DNA of 64,000 bases from a virus (IMGVR_UViG_3300037067_026718:93673-157672); one strand, 5' to 3'; shown: positions 37,409 through 46,847, numbered from the stretch's first letter. Notes: generated by a model from the letters alone, not told the origin. Translations and numbers: made by a program.

Positions 37409-37804
37409 CTAAAATCCGGCATCCAGCCAGCTTTGTACTCTTTGATTTCTGTATAAAGGAGACTTTGGGTTGTTCAAGAAACTCTTTTTGAACCTGAGCA
37501 CCCAGTCGTTAGGTATGATCGGTCGGTTGGCTGACGTAACACCTGGATTCTGACTGGGGCTTAATGCCTTCAGAACCAACTTGTCAAAGAATCCAGGCTT
37601 GGTTCCGTATCTGTATGTAAACCTTTTGAGGACGTCGTATGTTTGAGGAGGTATCTGACCTGGCACCCTGGCTTGGCCGCTTGCCCCCACTGCATAACGG
37701 CTCAATGCCGAAATTGCTTTCATCATGTCGTAAGGCTTCCAACCAGCTTCTTTCTCAAGAATGATCTGGGCGGCGAGCTTTATGATTTCGTTCCTGGAAT
37801 CCAT
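37409..37804 (-). CDS. Small basic protein with IIKLAAQIILEKEA leader
   Basis: Starts MDSRNEIIKLAAQIILEKEAG; GAGG SD. Confidence 0.65.
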   Translation of the reverse strand: MDSRNEIIKLAAQIILEKEAGWKPYDMMKAISALSRYAVGASGQARVPGQIPPQTYDVLKRFTYRYGTKPGFFDKLVLKALSPSQNPGVTSANRPIIPNDWVLRFKKSFLNNPKSPLYRNQRVQSWLDAGF

Positions 37805-37846
37805 GGTGTACCTCTTTCATGAATACCTGTGTACTACTTCAAAATC

Positions 37847-37874
37847 ATTATACTCTGAACCGGAGACGATGCAA
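37847..37874 (-). promoter_or_regulatory. Sigma70-type promoter TTGCAT-N16-TATAAT
   Basis: Intergenic, upstream of the leader-gene cluster; same geometry as 46058-46085 and 47879-47906. Confidence 0.6.
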
Positions 37875-37876
37875 TA

Positions 37877-39517
37877 TCACCAGGCATCGGCTCTCGAGCT
37901 TCTGTTCTCCATGTCTTCCCGGGATGGCATGTAAACATCGTCCACAGCCGGCATTCCTCGCATCACCCGATGGCATATGTTGGCGTAGATCGTCGACATC
38001 AGACCGTCGTCGTTACGGCCTTCAGGAAGGATGTAGTTGAGGTTTCCGTACCGGGTGGTCTCGACTTTCTCCGCGGTGTAGTGAGGAATGAACTCAGGAA
38101 TGTCGTCTAGATTGGGGAGCTGGATATTCCCGCGATGAGTCAAGTCGGACTTAAATGTGCTGAGGCACGGAGTACGCCCCACCCTGAGGACCCTGGTGTC
38201 TTCGATGAACTTGCCGTAGTAATCCATGGAGTTGACGTAATTCACCTGTATCATCTTGAGCGGGTCTCCCATGTGCCTGGCTATCCTGATGTTCCGATCT
38301 CCATGACATCCGTGGTCCGCTGCAACAAGGTTGACATTGAACCGGTCAAGAGCTTGTATCATGTCCCTCATCTGGTCGTCGGCCGACATGAACTTTGGGT
38401 ATATCTTCATCCACAGCGGTCGCCATCTCACTCCATCGACGTCGATACCAATCACGGCCGAATTAAAGGCGCCGGCCCTGGTGTTCTGTGACCAGTCGAT
38501 GCCCATGAATGTCCTGCGTTGCTTCATGGGAAACGGAACATCATCCACCAAGTGAATGTCCGTCCTGGAAGCAGCATTGAGATCCGTCAAGGACAGATAC
38601 TGTTCCGCGGAGTCATAGCTCAAGCCAAGCACTTCGTTGGCTATTACGTTCTCAGACTGCTCCTTGAGGGTTTCCCAGTACAGCTTGTGGAATTTGGTCC
38701 ATACCCCTATGCCCTGAGGGATTCTGAACCCCTGGATGCTGGCTCCCACTACATGGTCTACCCACATTCCCAGCAGGGGATCGATGAACCTTCCGCAGCG
38801 ATCGCAGATCAAGCCTTTGGGGGTGAAGTTGCGCAGCCCGATGATGTTGTAGTAGTTCCTTTCTCCGCCACTGCAATGCTCGCACTTTATGTACCACTCG
38901 GTCTGAGTTGATCTGTTCCAGTCTGCCTCTATGGGGTTGTCGAAGGTCAGCGGTGTTCCGGAGAAAAACTCATAGCCGTACTCCGAGTGGGAAAGCATGT
39001 GGCTTCCCACCGATACAACGCCCGGGCCGATGAGCTGGTACTCGTCATACTCGCAGAGATCCACCGTGGGGCCTCGAAGGTTTGCTCCGCCTCGAGCTGC
39101 GTTTCGGAGACGGTAAGTGGATCCGTTCCTGAATCTCCACTCGCTGAACGATTTCTTGGCGCCTTCACCTGTCAGCAGATACTGCCTTATTGCCGGAGAG
39201 TTGGAAAACACGCTCTCAAGTTTCTCGTCGCTGAATGTATGAAGGTCGGTGTCAGTGGGCGCCACATACATTGCCCTGAATCCAGGGTGGGCTACCATCT
39301 TGGCCACGGCCATTCCCAGCAGCTTGAAGCTCTTCTCCACCTGGCGGCCGGTCTTCAGGAGAAGCCGCTTCCAGCCTTTGTTGATGATCGCGTGGTCATG
39401 AGGACGATCATCGAACCCTACCGGAACGGCGTAATCATCCTTGGGCCCCGGGGGGATGCAGAGAATGGAGGAAATGATCTGCGTCAGAGGCCTTCGAAGG
39501 AATTCTACCGCAGACAT
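37877..39517 (-). CDS. terL: Terminase large subunit (lambda GpA-like)
   Basis: Walker A-like 'LLLKTGRQVEKS', 'MYVAPT', Walker B 'LRGPTVDLCEYDEYQ', 'SGTP', CxxC..CxxC, nuclease 'FMGIDW' and 'DDGLMS'. Confidence 0.9.
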   Translation of the reverse strand: MSAVEFLRRPLTQIISSILCIPPGPKDDYAVPVGFDDRPHDHAIINKGWKRLLLKTGRQVEKSFKLLGMAVAKMVAHPGFRAMYVAPTDTDLHTFSDEKLESVFSNSPAIRQYLLTGEGAKKSFSEWRFRNGSTYRLRNAARGGANLRGPTVDLCEYDEYQLIGPGVVSVGSHMLSHSEYGYEFFSGTPLTFDNPIEADWNRSTQTEWYIKCEHCSGGERNYYNIIGLRNFTPKGLICDRCGRFIDPLLGMWVDHVVGASIQGFRIPQGIGVWTKFHKLYWETLKEQSENVIANEVLGLSYDSAEQYLSLTDLNAASRTDIHLVDDVPFPMKQRRTFMGIDWSQNTRAGAFNSAVIGIDVDGVRWRPLWMKIYPKFMSADDQMRDMIQALDRFNVNLVAADHGCHGDRNIRIARHMGDPLKMIQVNYVNSMDYYGKFIEDTRVLRVGRTPCLSTFKSDLTHRGNIQLPNLDDIPEFIPHYTAEKVETTRYGNLNYILPEGRNDDGLMSTIYANICHRVMRGMPAVDDVYMPSREDMENRSSRADAW

Positions 39518-40467
39518 TACTTTTCTCCTTGGTAGTCTTCAAACCTGGTCTTCTCGGCCTCAAGGACGAACGGTAGCTGGCTCATATCGGTGTAGTTGCT
39601 GACATCTCCTTCGATCTGGCCTATGCTGGTGGGCGATTGTGTCATCGGATCGTCTTCCAGTTCCCTTACCCTGTCGATCGCCCTTGCGAGTTCTGCATCC
39701 TGGCCTCCTGTCTCGGTCTTCTTGCCGAGATAGCTGCTCAGTGTCTTGGCCCAGCCCATGGCGACCTGCTGGCGATCGGGCTCCTTGCCATTCAATACCT
39801 TCTTCATCTGCATGAAGCATGTCTCGCTGGTGACTTCATGCATGAACTGAGAGCTGAAACCCTGAAAGACGCCGGCGGCGTCGAACGCTAATTCCTGGCT
39901 CTTCACTCTTCGAAGATTCTCGATGTGGTTGTACAACGGGCTGAAATCCTCATAGATGGAGAAGTAGCGCTCCCAATCCGATGGAGACATCTTCTCCTGG
40001 TCCCAGAAGAACTTGCGGTAGAAAGCTATTTCGAAGGCATTCCATTTGTATTCAGGAAGGTTGGAGCATTTCAGAAGCCGGATCTCGGCAGCATCGGCTG
40101 GAATCTTGTAGTAGAGCATGGTATCGACGAGGACCCTCAGCCTCGTACAGTCAAGGGTCTTCATGAATCTATGTACAAAATCGACATAAGCCGGGGTTCT
40201 GTTGATCCCCCAGGCTCCGTCGATCACGTAGGAGTAGAGCGGCTCTATATCCCTGGATTCAATAAACTCGTTGTTGAGCCTGAAGTCGAAGTGGGATAAT
40301 TGGGCCTCCCGGCGGTAGTGGTCGTAAGCTTCCATGAGATGTTCGTCAGGCGTGGGGAAAAGAGCAGTACTCAGGACCCCTTTAAGCGACTCATAACTGC
40401 TGCCGGCGTAGGCATAAGTCGCTATCGCCAATTCGCATGGCCACTTTATTTTTTTCTTTGTTGCCAA
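39517..40467 (-). CDS. Hypothetical protein upstream of terL (possible small terminase position)
   Basis: 316 aa, TTG start, stop overlaps the terL ATG. Confidence 0.5.
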   Translation of the reverse strand: MATKKKIKWPCELAIATYAYAGSSYESLKGVLSTALFPTPDEHLMEAYDHYRREAQLSHFDFRLNNEFIESRDIEPLYSYVIDGAWGINRTPAYVDFVHRFMKTLDCTRLRVLVDTMLYYKIPADAAEIRLLKCSNLPEYKWNAFEIAFYRKFFWDQEKMSPSDWERYFSIYEDFSPLYNHIENLRRVKSQELAFDAAGVFQGFSSQFMHEVTSETCFMQMKKVLNGKEPDRQQVAMGWAKTLSSYLGKKTETGGQDAELARAIDRVRELEDDPMTQSPTSIGQIEGDVSNYTDMSQLPFVLEAEKTRFEDYQGEK

Positions 40468-40482
40468 ACAACGTCTCCCGCC

Positions 40483-42768
40483 TTACAAACCATATCCTAG
40501 AGATATGATAGCGTCCCGGGCCTGAGTGATGGCTTCCAATGCGTTTTCCAACGCCTCTTCCTCTATTGGCATGGCGGTGAGTCTCGTGGTGATGAGCAGT
40601 TTGCAGAAGAAGTTCTCGGCATCGTCCAGGAGATCCCTTTTGTCGTTGAAGTACTTCAGGTTGCGGTCGTTCAGAAGCCCGAGGTTGAACAAGGTATTGA
40701 GGCTTTGTTCCTGGTCTCTGTCGATGTCGCCTTCACCGAAAGACGCGAGCTTGGAGTGGCTGATGACAGGTTTGGCGCATTCCTGAAGCGCTGTGAAGAT
40801 GTCCCCGGACTGCTTGATGATGTACGGGATGGCTGTTGCCAGCTTGACCAGGCTGTCGGCGGGAAGTCCGTCCCTGATGACCTCGCACGCCTTCTTGGTC
40901 AAAGCCTTGTTCCTGTTCTTCACCATGGTCGACACGTTACGCAGGGATCCTGCTCTGAGACTGGCCAGCTTTTCTGTCCTCACGGTGGCAAACTGTACCT
41001 TCGTGCTGGGAGTCTTCGCCATGATCTCGAGAAGCTGCTGGGTGTACGGTATAGCCGCCACCTTCATGTAGAATCCGATCTCGGGGAAGCGACCTGTGAT
41101 GTACCCTGTCTTGGGTGCTTCCACAGAGATCCTTGAGTCTTCGGCTATCTTCTCGTTGAACTCGGCTGGAAGCGGGAGCCATTCCACAGAGGGGATGACC
41201 ACTTCGTAGCGTCCACCGACCTGCCATCCTTCTCCGCGTCCCCCGAATGACTCCTGTGCCAGCTTTACGTGCAGCATGTTGATCTGTTCGTCCTTGGTCG
41301 CTACCTTCACCAATGTCTCAGGAAGGGGCGTAAAGACCATCATGGACGGGATGATGACATTTCGGGCTGAGGGATCGTAGCTGCCGGCAAACTCCTCGAG
41401 TTCGGGGCCGAACGGGATGATACCCTGGGCGTCACTGGAGACGATGATGTTGATCTTCGTGAGCTGTCCGAGGTCCACTGCCTTGATCTGGGTACCGGCC
41501 TTGCAGGTGTACATGGTCTTGATCCTCAAGGGGGGAGTGCAGATGGCGCGGCCCTTGGAGTGATAGACAAAGATGCCTTCCCTTTCGGGCTCTATGCGTC
41601 CTTCGGGCGGGAGGATATCGTGGGCAGCCCGGCGGCCATGCATGTTTTTCTGAATGGACCATCCGTCCCTGTTGAGGAACAAAGCAGACTTGCTGTCTTC
41701 GCCATCCCAGTCGAACACCGGTATGACCAAACCGATGGCCGGCTCACCCGTTCCTTTGAGCATGACGTTGTAAGTGCCGTAGGCATGGACAGGCTGGCCC
41801 ATGGCGAAGTTATTGGGGTCCATGCCGAGCGTGGCATCCAGACCGGCTTCTCCGATGTGCCTTGTAATGCCTTCCGGATGTTCATCGAGATCACCGAGGA
41901 TCTTCTCGGCTATCTTCGAACCGAACTTCTCAAAGAGCTCTCTGATACCTACCGAGGAAGTCTTGAAGGACATCACAGGGTTGCATCCGGAGCGCCCGAG
42001 CTTGACGTGGTATTCATCGAGAGCTGCCTTCTTGACAAAAGCAACATCGAAGAAGGTGTAGTCCATGGCAGGGATGATGGCGTCAGCAGCCGTCTTGGTC
42101 TTCATGGATCCGGCGACAATGCTTCCGACTTCATCAATGCAGCGCCTCACCCAGTCATCGGTGTAGGCCATCCTGGCTTCTTCATGCAAGGCTGCTGTCT
42201 TGATGGCTGCCACCTTGTCTGCGACTTCCGGAGTGGTCAGGCAGGCGTCCCTGAGGTTGAAGGTTTCGTGGGTGACGTTCTCTCGCATGCCGGAGATGTT
42301 CGACCAGCGATCGCTGTCATCGTATTCGTCGGACTTCAGCTCAGTCGGGAGAGGCGTGGCGCCCTGGAAGACACTCTTGCGCCTGACCTTGCTGGATATG
42401 TAATTATCGGTGGCATGGTGCCATCCGCCATCCTTGAAGCTGTGGACAACGTCGAATGGAGCCAGGGTGCCGTAACGGATGATAACGGGGAACAGCAGGA
42501 TGTCCGTGCCTACTGTAGCGGTTATCGCTCCAACACTGCAGCCTTCAACCCAGTCCTTGTGACGATGCTCGAGATGAGGAACAGAACCGCTTGGTGATAT
42601 ATCCGTGTGCTGGTTGTTGAACGCTGATATGATTTCATCGTTCCAGGAGTTGCGGTCCTTGTTGAGGGTGACGTTGGCCTTCTTGATCATGTCCTCTATG
42701 TAGCGAAGAGGCGGTCTCACCAACGAACCGGTGAAGGGGTTCTTGAGTACAAGGTCGGAACTATTCAT
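40483..42768 (-). CDS. Large head-associated protein of unknown function (K-x-A rich)
   Basis: 761 aa, AGGAG SD; more than 10 K-x-A motifs. Confidence 0.6.
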   Translation of the reverse strand: MNSSDLVLKNPFTGSLVRPPLRYIEDMIKKANVTLNKDRNSWNDEIISAFNNQHTDISPSGSVPHLEHRHKDWVEGCSVGAITATVGTDILLFPVIIRYGTLAPFDVVHSFKDGGWHHATDNYISSKVRRKSVFQGATPLPTELKSDEYDDSDRWSNISGMRENVTHETFNLRDACLTTPEVADKVAAIKTAALHEEARMAYTDDWVRRCIDEVGSIVAGSMKTKTAADAIIPAMDYTFFDVAFVKKAALDEYHVKLGRSGCNPVMSFKTSSVGIRELFEKFGSKIAEKILGDLDEHPEGITRHIGEAGLDATLGMDPNNFAMGQPVHAYGTYNVMLKGTGEPAIGLVIPVFDWDGEDSKSALFLNRDGWSIQKNMHGRRAAHDILPPEGRIEPEREGIFVYHSKGRAICTPPLRIKTMYTCKAGTQIKAVDLGQLTKINIIVSSDAQGIIPFGPELEEFAGSYDPSARNVIIPSMMVFTPLPETLVKVATKDEQINMLHVKLAQESFGGRGEGWQVGGRYEVVIPSVEWLPLPAEFNEKIAEDSRISVEAPKTGYITGRFPEIGFYMKVAAIPYTQQLLEIMAKTPSTKVQFATVRTEKLASLRAGSLRNVSTMVKNRNKALTKKACEVIRDGLPADSLVKLATAIPYIIKQSGDIFTALQECAKPVISHSKLASFGEGDIDRDQEQSLNTLFNLGLLNDRNLKYFNDKRDLLDDAENFFCKLLITTRLTAMPIEEEALENALEAITQARDAIISLGYGL

Positions 42769-42852
42769 GATAATCTCCTGTCATTAGACTATTCCAGCTT
42801 TCGCCTTAACATCTGTATTGTAAGCTTTCCGAGGCATAACGCCAGCCCCCCG

Positions 42853-43629
42853 TTATCTCGATACAATCAAGGCAGTGTTGTCATCCACCTTTTTCTCGAT
42901 TTGTTCGATCTGGTCTACAGCTCCATCAAGGCCCGTCATTGTCTCTCCCATGGAGTCTACATTAGTGTGGTCAGCCCTGGCGGCATCCCATACGGCGTCC
43001 TCGACCACCGCTGCAACATCCTCAGGAGTTCCGATAGCAGCCATCCCGGAGGCCACATAAAGGTTGTGGTCGTCTTTCATCACCCAGTAGTAGAGGCCGA
43101 CGGTGGCGGGGTAGGTGGTCATGTTGACCGTGCTCCAGCGGTAGAAGCCGTCGATGAACTCAGTACAGATCTGGTCCGTAAGGAGTTCAGCCAGGCCAGC
43201 CGAGTTGTAGACGTTGATGGTCACGGTCAAGCCGGCGGGAAGTTCGCCGACGACCCAGGGAGTCTCCACAGTGATGAGGCCTCCGGGCGTGGAGATCAGA
43301 GAGTTGAGGGTGGCCAGAATGTCAGTCTGGTTGGCTGTCTCAGCCACGAATGATTCCACCCTGGCTCCCATCGAGACTCCGCCGACAACCATCGTCACCA
43401 TGACGTTGTAGGAATGGTCTGCGGTGTAGATGAGAGGGTCTACGAAAGTGATGACTCGGTAATGACCGGTGAGGACGCCTATCTGCTCGACGGTAGGGGT
43501 GTCGACGGAGGTATCAGTGTCGTCTTCGTAGACGGCGGCAACCGGAAGAGCATCAGCATTGGACAGGGCTCCAGCAGCGTCGTGAACCGTGAACGTCCAG
43601 GTGTACGTGAGCCCTATCTTGCGTGTCAT
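42853..43629 (-). CDS. Putative virion structural protein (tandem Ig-like domains)
   Basis: 258 aa Thr/Val-rich beta protein with 'AVWDAARADH' motif. Confidence 0.5.
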   Translation of the reverse strand: MTRKIGLTYTWTFTVHDAAGALSNADALPVAAVYEDDTDTSVDTPTVEQIGVLTGHYRVITFVDPLIYTADHSYNVMVTMVVGGVSMGARVESFVAETANQTDILATLNSLISTPGGLITVETPWVVGELPAGLTVTINVYNSAGLAELLTDQICTEFIDGFYRWSTVNMTTYPATVGLYYWVMKDDHNLYVASGMAAIGTPEDVAAVVEDAVWDAARADHTNVDSMGETMTGLDGAVDQIEQIEKKVDDNTALIVSR

Positions 43630-43844
43630 CTTATCACCGGGACCCTTGTGTTACCGATGGCGGGGTTGACTGCGGGAGGAGGGGTTGTCTCTGGAAGCTG
43701 AATTACCGCTGCGTACCGACAATTAGATATCATATTGTAGTATTCTCTTCCCTGTTCGTCGGGCGAGGCTGGCCAGAATCTAGCAAAAGTCGGCTGCATA
43801 TCATCCACATCGAGATCTAATATGAAAGCTTTCACAGCGGCCAT
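43626..43844 (-). CDS. Hypothetical small protein
   Basis: 72 aa, coupled at both ends. Confidence 0.5.
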   Translation of the reverse strand: MAAVKAFILDLDVDDMQPTFARFWPASPDEQGREYYNMISNCRYAAVIQLPETTPPPAVNPAIGNTRVPVIR

Positions 43845-45043
43845 TACGGGTTTCCTATTGTCTCTTTAGCGGCAAATACGGTAGAAAATGCGTAGTACGC
43901 TTCTGTACAAATCATGTACCCCGTCCCAGCTACCGGATTAGTCACCCAGTTTTGACCCACTACGATTCTCGTAGCCGTGTTCGATGATATATACCTCGAC
44001 TGGCCTGCACCCGTGCCAGTGGTCAAAACAAGGATCTTGCCAGCATAAGCATTAACGGTCCACGACTGCCCGGCGTCATCCATAGATCCTGCTGCACCTG
44101 CAGTGGCCGTTCCGTTTATGAAGCGATCGCTTCCCTTGCAAACCATGTAGATGTCTCCGATGGCAGCAGCAACGTATAAGAAGTTGGACTTGAAGAATCC
44201 GTACAGGGACGAGTCGGAATTGACTCGACCAACTCCCCACGGAAGCAGGGTGTACAAGTTCCTTCTCAATTCGGGCTCAGCAACCAAACCGAAAGAAGAA
44301 ATATCTGACATATAAGCTACGTTGTACGCAGATCCGCATGCCCCGGTTCCTGAAACCGAATAATGGCAAGTAGGATAAAAAAGAAAATCAGAAGTAGGAT
44401 ATCCGTAAACCCCGAAACTCGACGGCTGCTCTCCGAGCTTAGTTCCCGAAGCATAATTGTTGGCCAGGTTTGCAGTGACGGATACTCCTGGATTGACATC
44501 GAGAATTGTTATCGTCTCTCTACATCCTGTAGAATAGTCGACAAGCTGGTACTTGTTCCCTATGCTAAACCCATCCGTGCTGCCAACTGACAACACCTGG
44601 GATAACCCTGTTGATGCAGGAGCGGTCAATGCTGTATTGGCTATCTGCGTAGGCTTTACTGGAAGGTGTCCCCATCCTTTTGTTGTTCCCGCGCCATACA
44701 CCATAAAGCACCAATCTTTATCACCGTAGAACCGAATGGTGACAGCCGCAGCGAGCGCAGTGTATCTCGATCCTGCATGAGTGTTAGACTGTCCAGCTCC
44801 TGAATGAGCAGCCGCATCCCAGAATACGTACGTGTCGTGGTACACGTTGTTTCCGGAAACCCAAAGGTGGACAAACTCAGGATTCTTAGCTCCGTCTTCA
44901 CCTGGAGACGTTAGCACTTGAGAAGAAGCCGATATGTTATCATGCACGGTCCATCCCATCGCTTGCATCCATGTAGAGAGGTCAGCCATTATAGTAGCCT
45001 GAGATCCTGCTCCGTACACCTTCAAATAACTCTTGTAAGCCAT
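43844..45043 (-). CDS. Putative fibre/receptor-binding virion protein
   Basis: 399 aa Gly/Thr/Tyr-rich; C-terminal 'WTVNAYAGKILVLTTGTGAGQSRYI.SNT' domain typical of phage structural proteins; lower GC. Confidence 0.5.
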   Translation of the reverse strand: MAYKSYLKVYGAGSQATIMADLSTWMQAMGWTVHDNISASSQVLTSPGEDGAKNPEFVHLWVSGNNVYHDTYVFWDAAAHSGAGQSNTHAGSRYTALAAAVTIRFYGDKDWCFMVYGAGTTKGWGHLPVKPTQIANTALTAPASTGLSQVLSVGSTDGFSIGNKYQLVDYSTGCRETITILDVNPGVSVTANLANNYASGTKLGEQPSSFGVYGYPTSDFLFYPTCHYSVSGTGACGSAYNVAYMSDISSFGLVAEPELRRNLYTLLPWGVGRVNSDSSLYGFFKSNFLYVAAAIGDIYMVCKGSDRFINGTATAGAAGSMDDAGQSWTVNAYAGKILVLTTGTGAGQSRYISSNTATRIVVGQNWVTNPVAGTGYMICTEAYYAFSTVFAAKETIGNP

Positions 45044-45255
45044 CAGTCGTCCTCCAATAATCTATCAAGGGCCTCGCATGAAGCCTCGAGTTTATCTTCT
45101 ATCAGGCTGTCCCTGAGAGCAGCCAGCTCGGGCGTCACTCTCAGAGGGTTCAGCGCCAGTATCTTCTCGAGCACAAGTCCTCCTACGATGTCGACGTGAA
45201 CAGCACGCCAAAACCTATCCCCAGCAGGTCCATTCCGATGTCGATCCAGCTCCAC
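45043..45255 (-). CDS. Hypothetical small protein
   Basis: Short ORF ending in a TGATG overlap; real start probably internal. Confidence 0.35.
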   Translation of the reverse strand: MELDRHRNGPAGDRFWRAVHVDIVGGLVLEKILALNPLRVTPELAALRDSLIEDKLEASCEALDRLLEDD

Positions 45256-45461
45256 CCCGAACCCCTGAGCTTGTCATACAGCTCTTTCAGAACTCCGATG
45301 GCGAGAACGACCATCACATTCGTAAAGGTGTTGGTCCTTGCAATTACGTGCAGGGCGATTACGAGAACGAGCGACCCGAAGAGATGAAGAGCTCCCGACT
45401 CGCGTATCTCCTGCCAGCCCCGTTTGTTCAGAAAGTCCATGACCTTCTGCCACCAGTTCAT
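45183..45461 (-). CDS. Small membrane protein
   Basis: 92 aa with 2-3 hydrophobic helices; 'KELYD...SWIDIGMDLLG'; GGGAGG SD. Confidence 0.6.
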   Translation of the reverse strand: MNWWQKVMDFLNKRGWQEIRESGALHLFGSLVLVIALHVIARTNTFTNVMVVLAIGVLKELYDKLRGSGWSWIDIGMDLLGIGFGVLFTSTS

Positions 45462-45477
45462 GACTACCTCCCCAAGG

Positions 45478-46026
45478 CTATCTGATCTGAGACATTATCC
45501 TGTCGTCCTGAATTCCGGCCTGGCCCCGGGTGACATACCCTGAGTTGCCTCCGCCCTGTGGCGCTGCCGGAGCAGGTGCATTTGCCCGGTTACGCATGGC
45601 CCCAATTGTTCCGGCTCCAGGAATACTGGTGTTCATGAAGTTGTTCTGTCTGGCTTGCCCTATGGCCTGCTGTGCAGCCGGGGAAAGAGCTGGCATCTGC
45701 GGTGCAGTGCGGCTGGTGCCTTGCTGAAGCATCTGAGAGAGCTGGTTCATGAAAGCTCTCTTCTCGAGAATGGTCTGAGCTGCAGCTTTGATGACGGCAG
45801 GCTGGTACTTGATCGAACTCGACTTGCCCAGAAAGTTACGAACTGTCTCGGTTCCCCTGATGACGCCCTGGCCCCCGGGGCTCAGTTTGTACGGGATTCT
45901 GTGGTAAAGCGAATCTCCACTGGCTGGATGAGCAGTGGGACGGGGATTCGGATCATCGGGAACTCTTATGTTCTTGCTGTTCTTCACGGCCTGTGCGGCC
46001 AACTTGATTACTTCCGGTGGATACAT
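45478..46026 (-). CDS. Basic protein with two copies of the IKLAAQ leader
   Basis: Start MYPPEVIKLAAQAVK (AAGGAGG SD); internal PAVIKAAAQTILEKRA. Confidence 0.65.
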   Translation of the reverse strand: MYPPEVIKLAAQAVKNSKNIRVPDDPNPRPTAHPASGDSLYHRIPYKLSPGGQGVIRGTETVRNFLGKSSSIKYQPAVIKAAAQTILEKRAFMNQLSQMLQQGTSRTAPQMPALSPAAQQAIGQARQNNFMNTSIPGAGTIGAMRNRANAPAPAAPQGGGNSGYVTRGQAGIQDDRIMSQIR

Positions 46027-46057
46027 GCTTCCTCCTTTGAAAGATCTTCCTGAAACC

Positions 46058-46085
46058 ATTATACCTGCATTCGAGGGGAGTGCAA
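46058..46085 (-). promoter_or_regulatory. Sigma70-type promoter TTGCAC-N16-TATAAT
   Basis: About 30 bp upstream of the start at 46026. Confidence 0.6.
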
Positions 46086-46175
46086 GCTCCATATACAATC
46101 ATCGCATACTGCGATTAAAATATCGTGCTTGGTAAAACCTAACGGGCAATCTCCGGGAAGTAAAAAAATAAACGG

Positions 46176-46847
46176 TCATGTCACTACCCATGAGATGATG
46201 CGGTTGTCGACGTCTCTGGTGAATGTCCAGGTCCTGACACCGTCGGTCACTTCCTCAATGAAGCCATGAATGTCCCGGGTGACATCTATGGTTCTGCCGG
46301 CTGTCAGTTCAACCTTGGTGAGATTGCCGTCACCGTCTCTGGTGATGACACCATCTCTGATCTTCTGGTAGACGTCTTCATGCTGGGCTTCAGTAAGGTG
46401 GTAGTATTCATCCGTGGTTCCACCCTGCAGACCATCAAGATCGTTGTGCTCCTCGAGAGGGCCTGGAGGGCCCTGGGGACCTGTGGCGCCGGCAGGCCCA
46501 GTCGGCCCAGCCGGTCCAGCCGGTCCAGCCGGGCCTTCCGGACCGGGTTCTCCGGATCCCCCGCCCCCTCCCGGCTCGAAACCTTCGAAGGCTTCTGCTA
46601 TTGCTGCCGAATCCAGGGCTGCCGACCAGCGGAAAAACTCGATGAGAGCTTCGGTGGTAAGCTCAGCTCTTTTCTCACCCATGATGGTACGAATGGTTTC
46701 AAGGTCGGAATCATCAGGCCAGGGTTCCGATGCAGCGAAAACCCTGAACTCATCCTCTACTGCATCGAGGAGGTCCTTGAGCTTCTTCTCGGCATCCCTG
46801 CCGAGGTTGGCTGCTCTGAGCGAAGCAAGAACAGTTTCTATGCTCAT
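46176..46847 (-). CDS. Collagen-like repeat virion protein
   Basis: (G-P-X)n tract GPEGPAGPAGPAGPTGPAGATGPQGPPGP, 'HNDLDGLQGG..YYHLT' motif, YD-like C-terminus. Confidence 0.65.
   Translation of the reverse strand: MSIETVLASLRAANLGRDAEKKLKDLLDAVEDEFRVFAASEPWPDDSDLETIRTIMGEKRAELTTEALIEFFRWSAALDSAAIAEAFEGFEPGGGGGSGEPGPEGPAGPAGPAGPTGPAGATGPQGPPGPLEEHNDLDGLQGGTTDEYYHLTEAQHEDVYQKIRDGVITRDGDGNLTKVELTAGRTIDVTRDIHGFIEEVTDGVRTWTFTRDVDNRIISWVVT

Noticed and set aside
46500-46545. 9-bp tandem repeat ccagccggt
   Set aside because: Simply encodes collagen-like GPA repeats.
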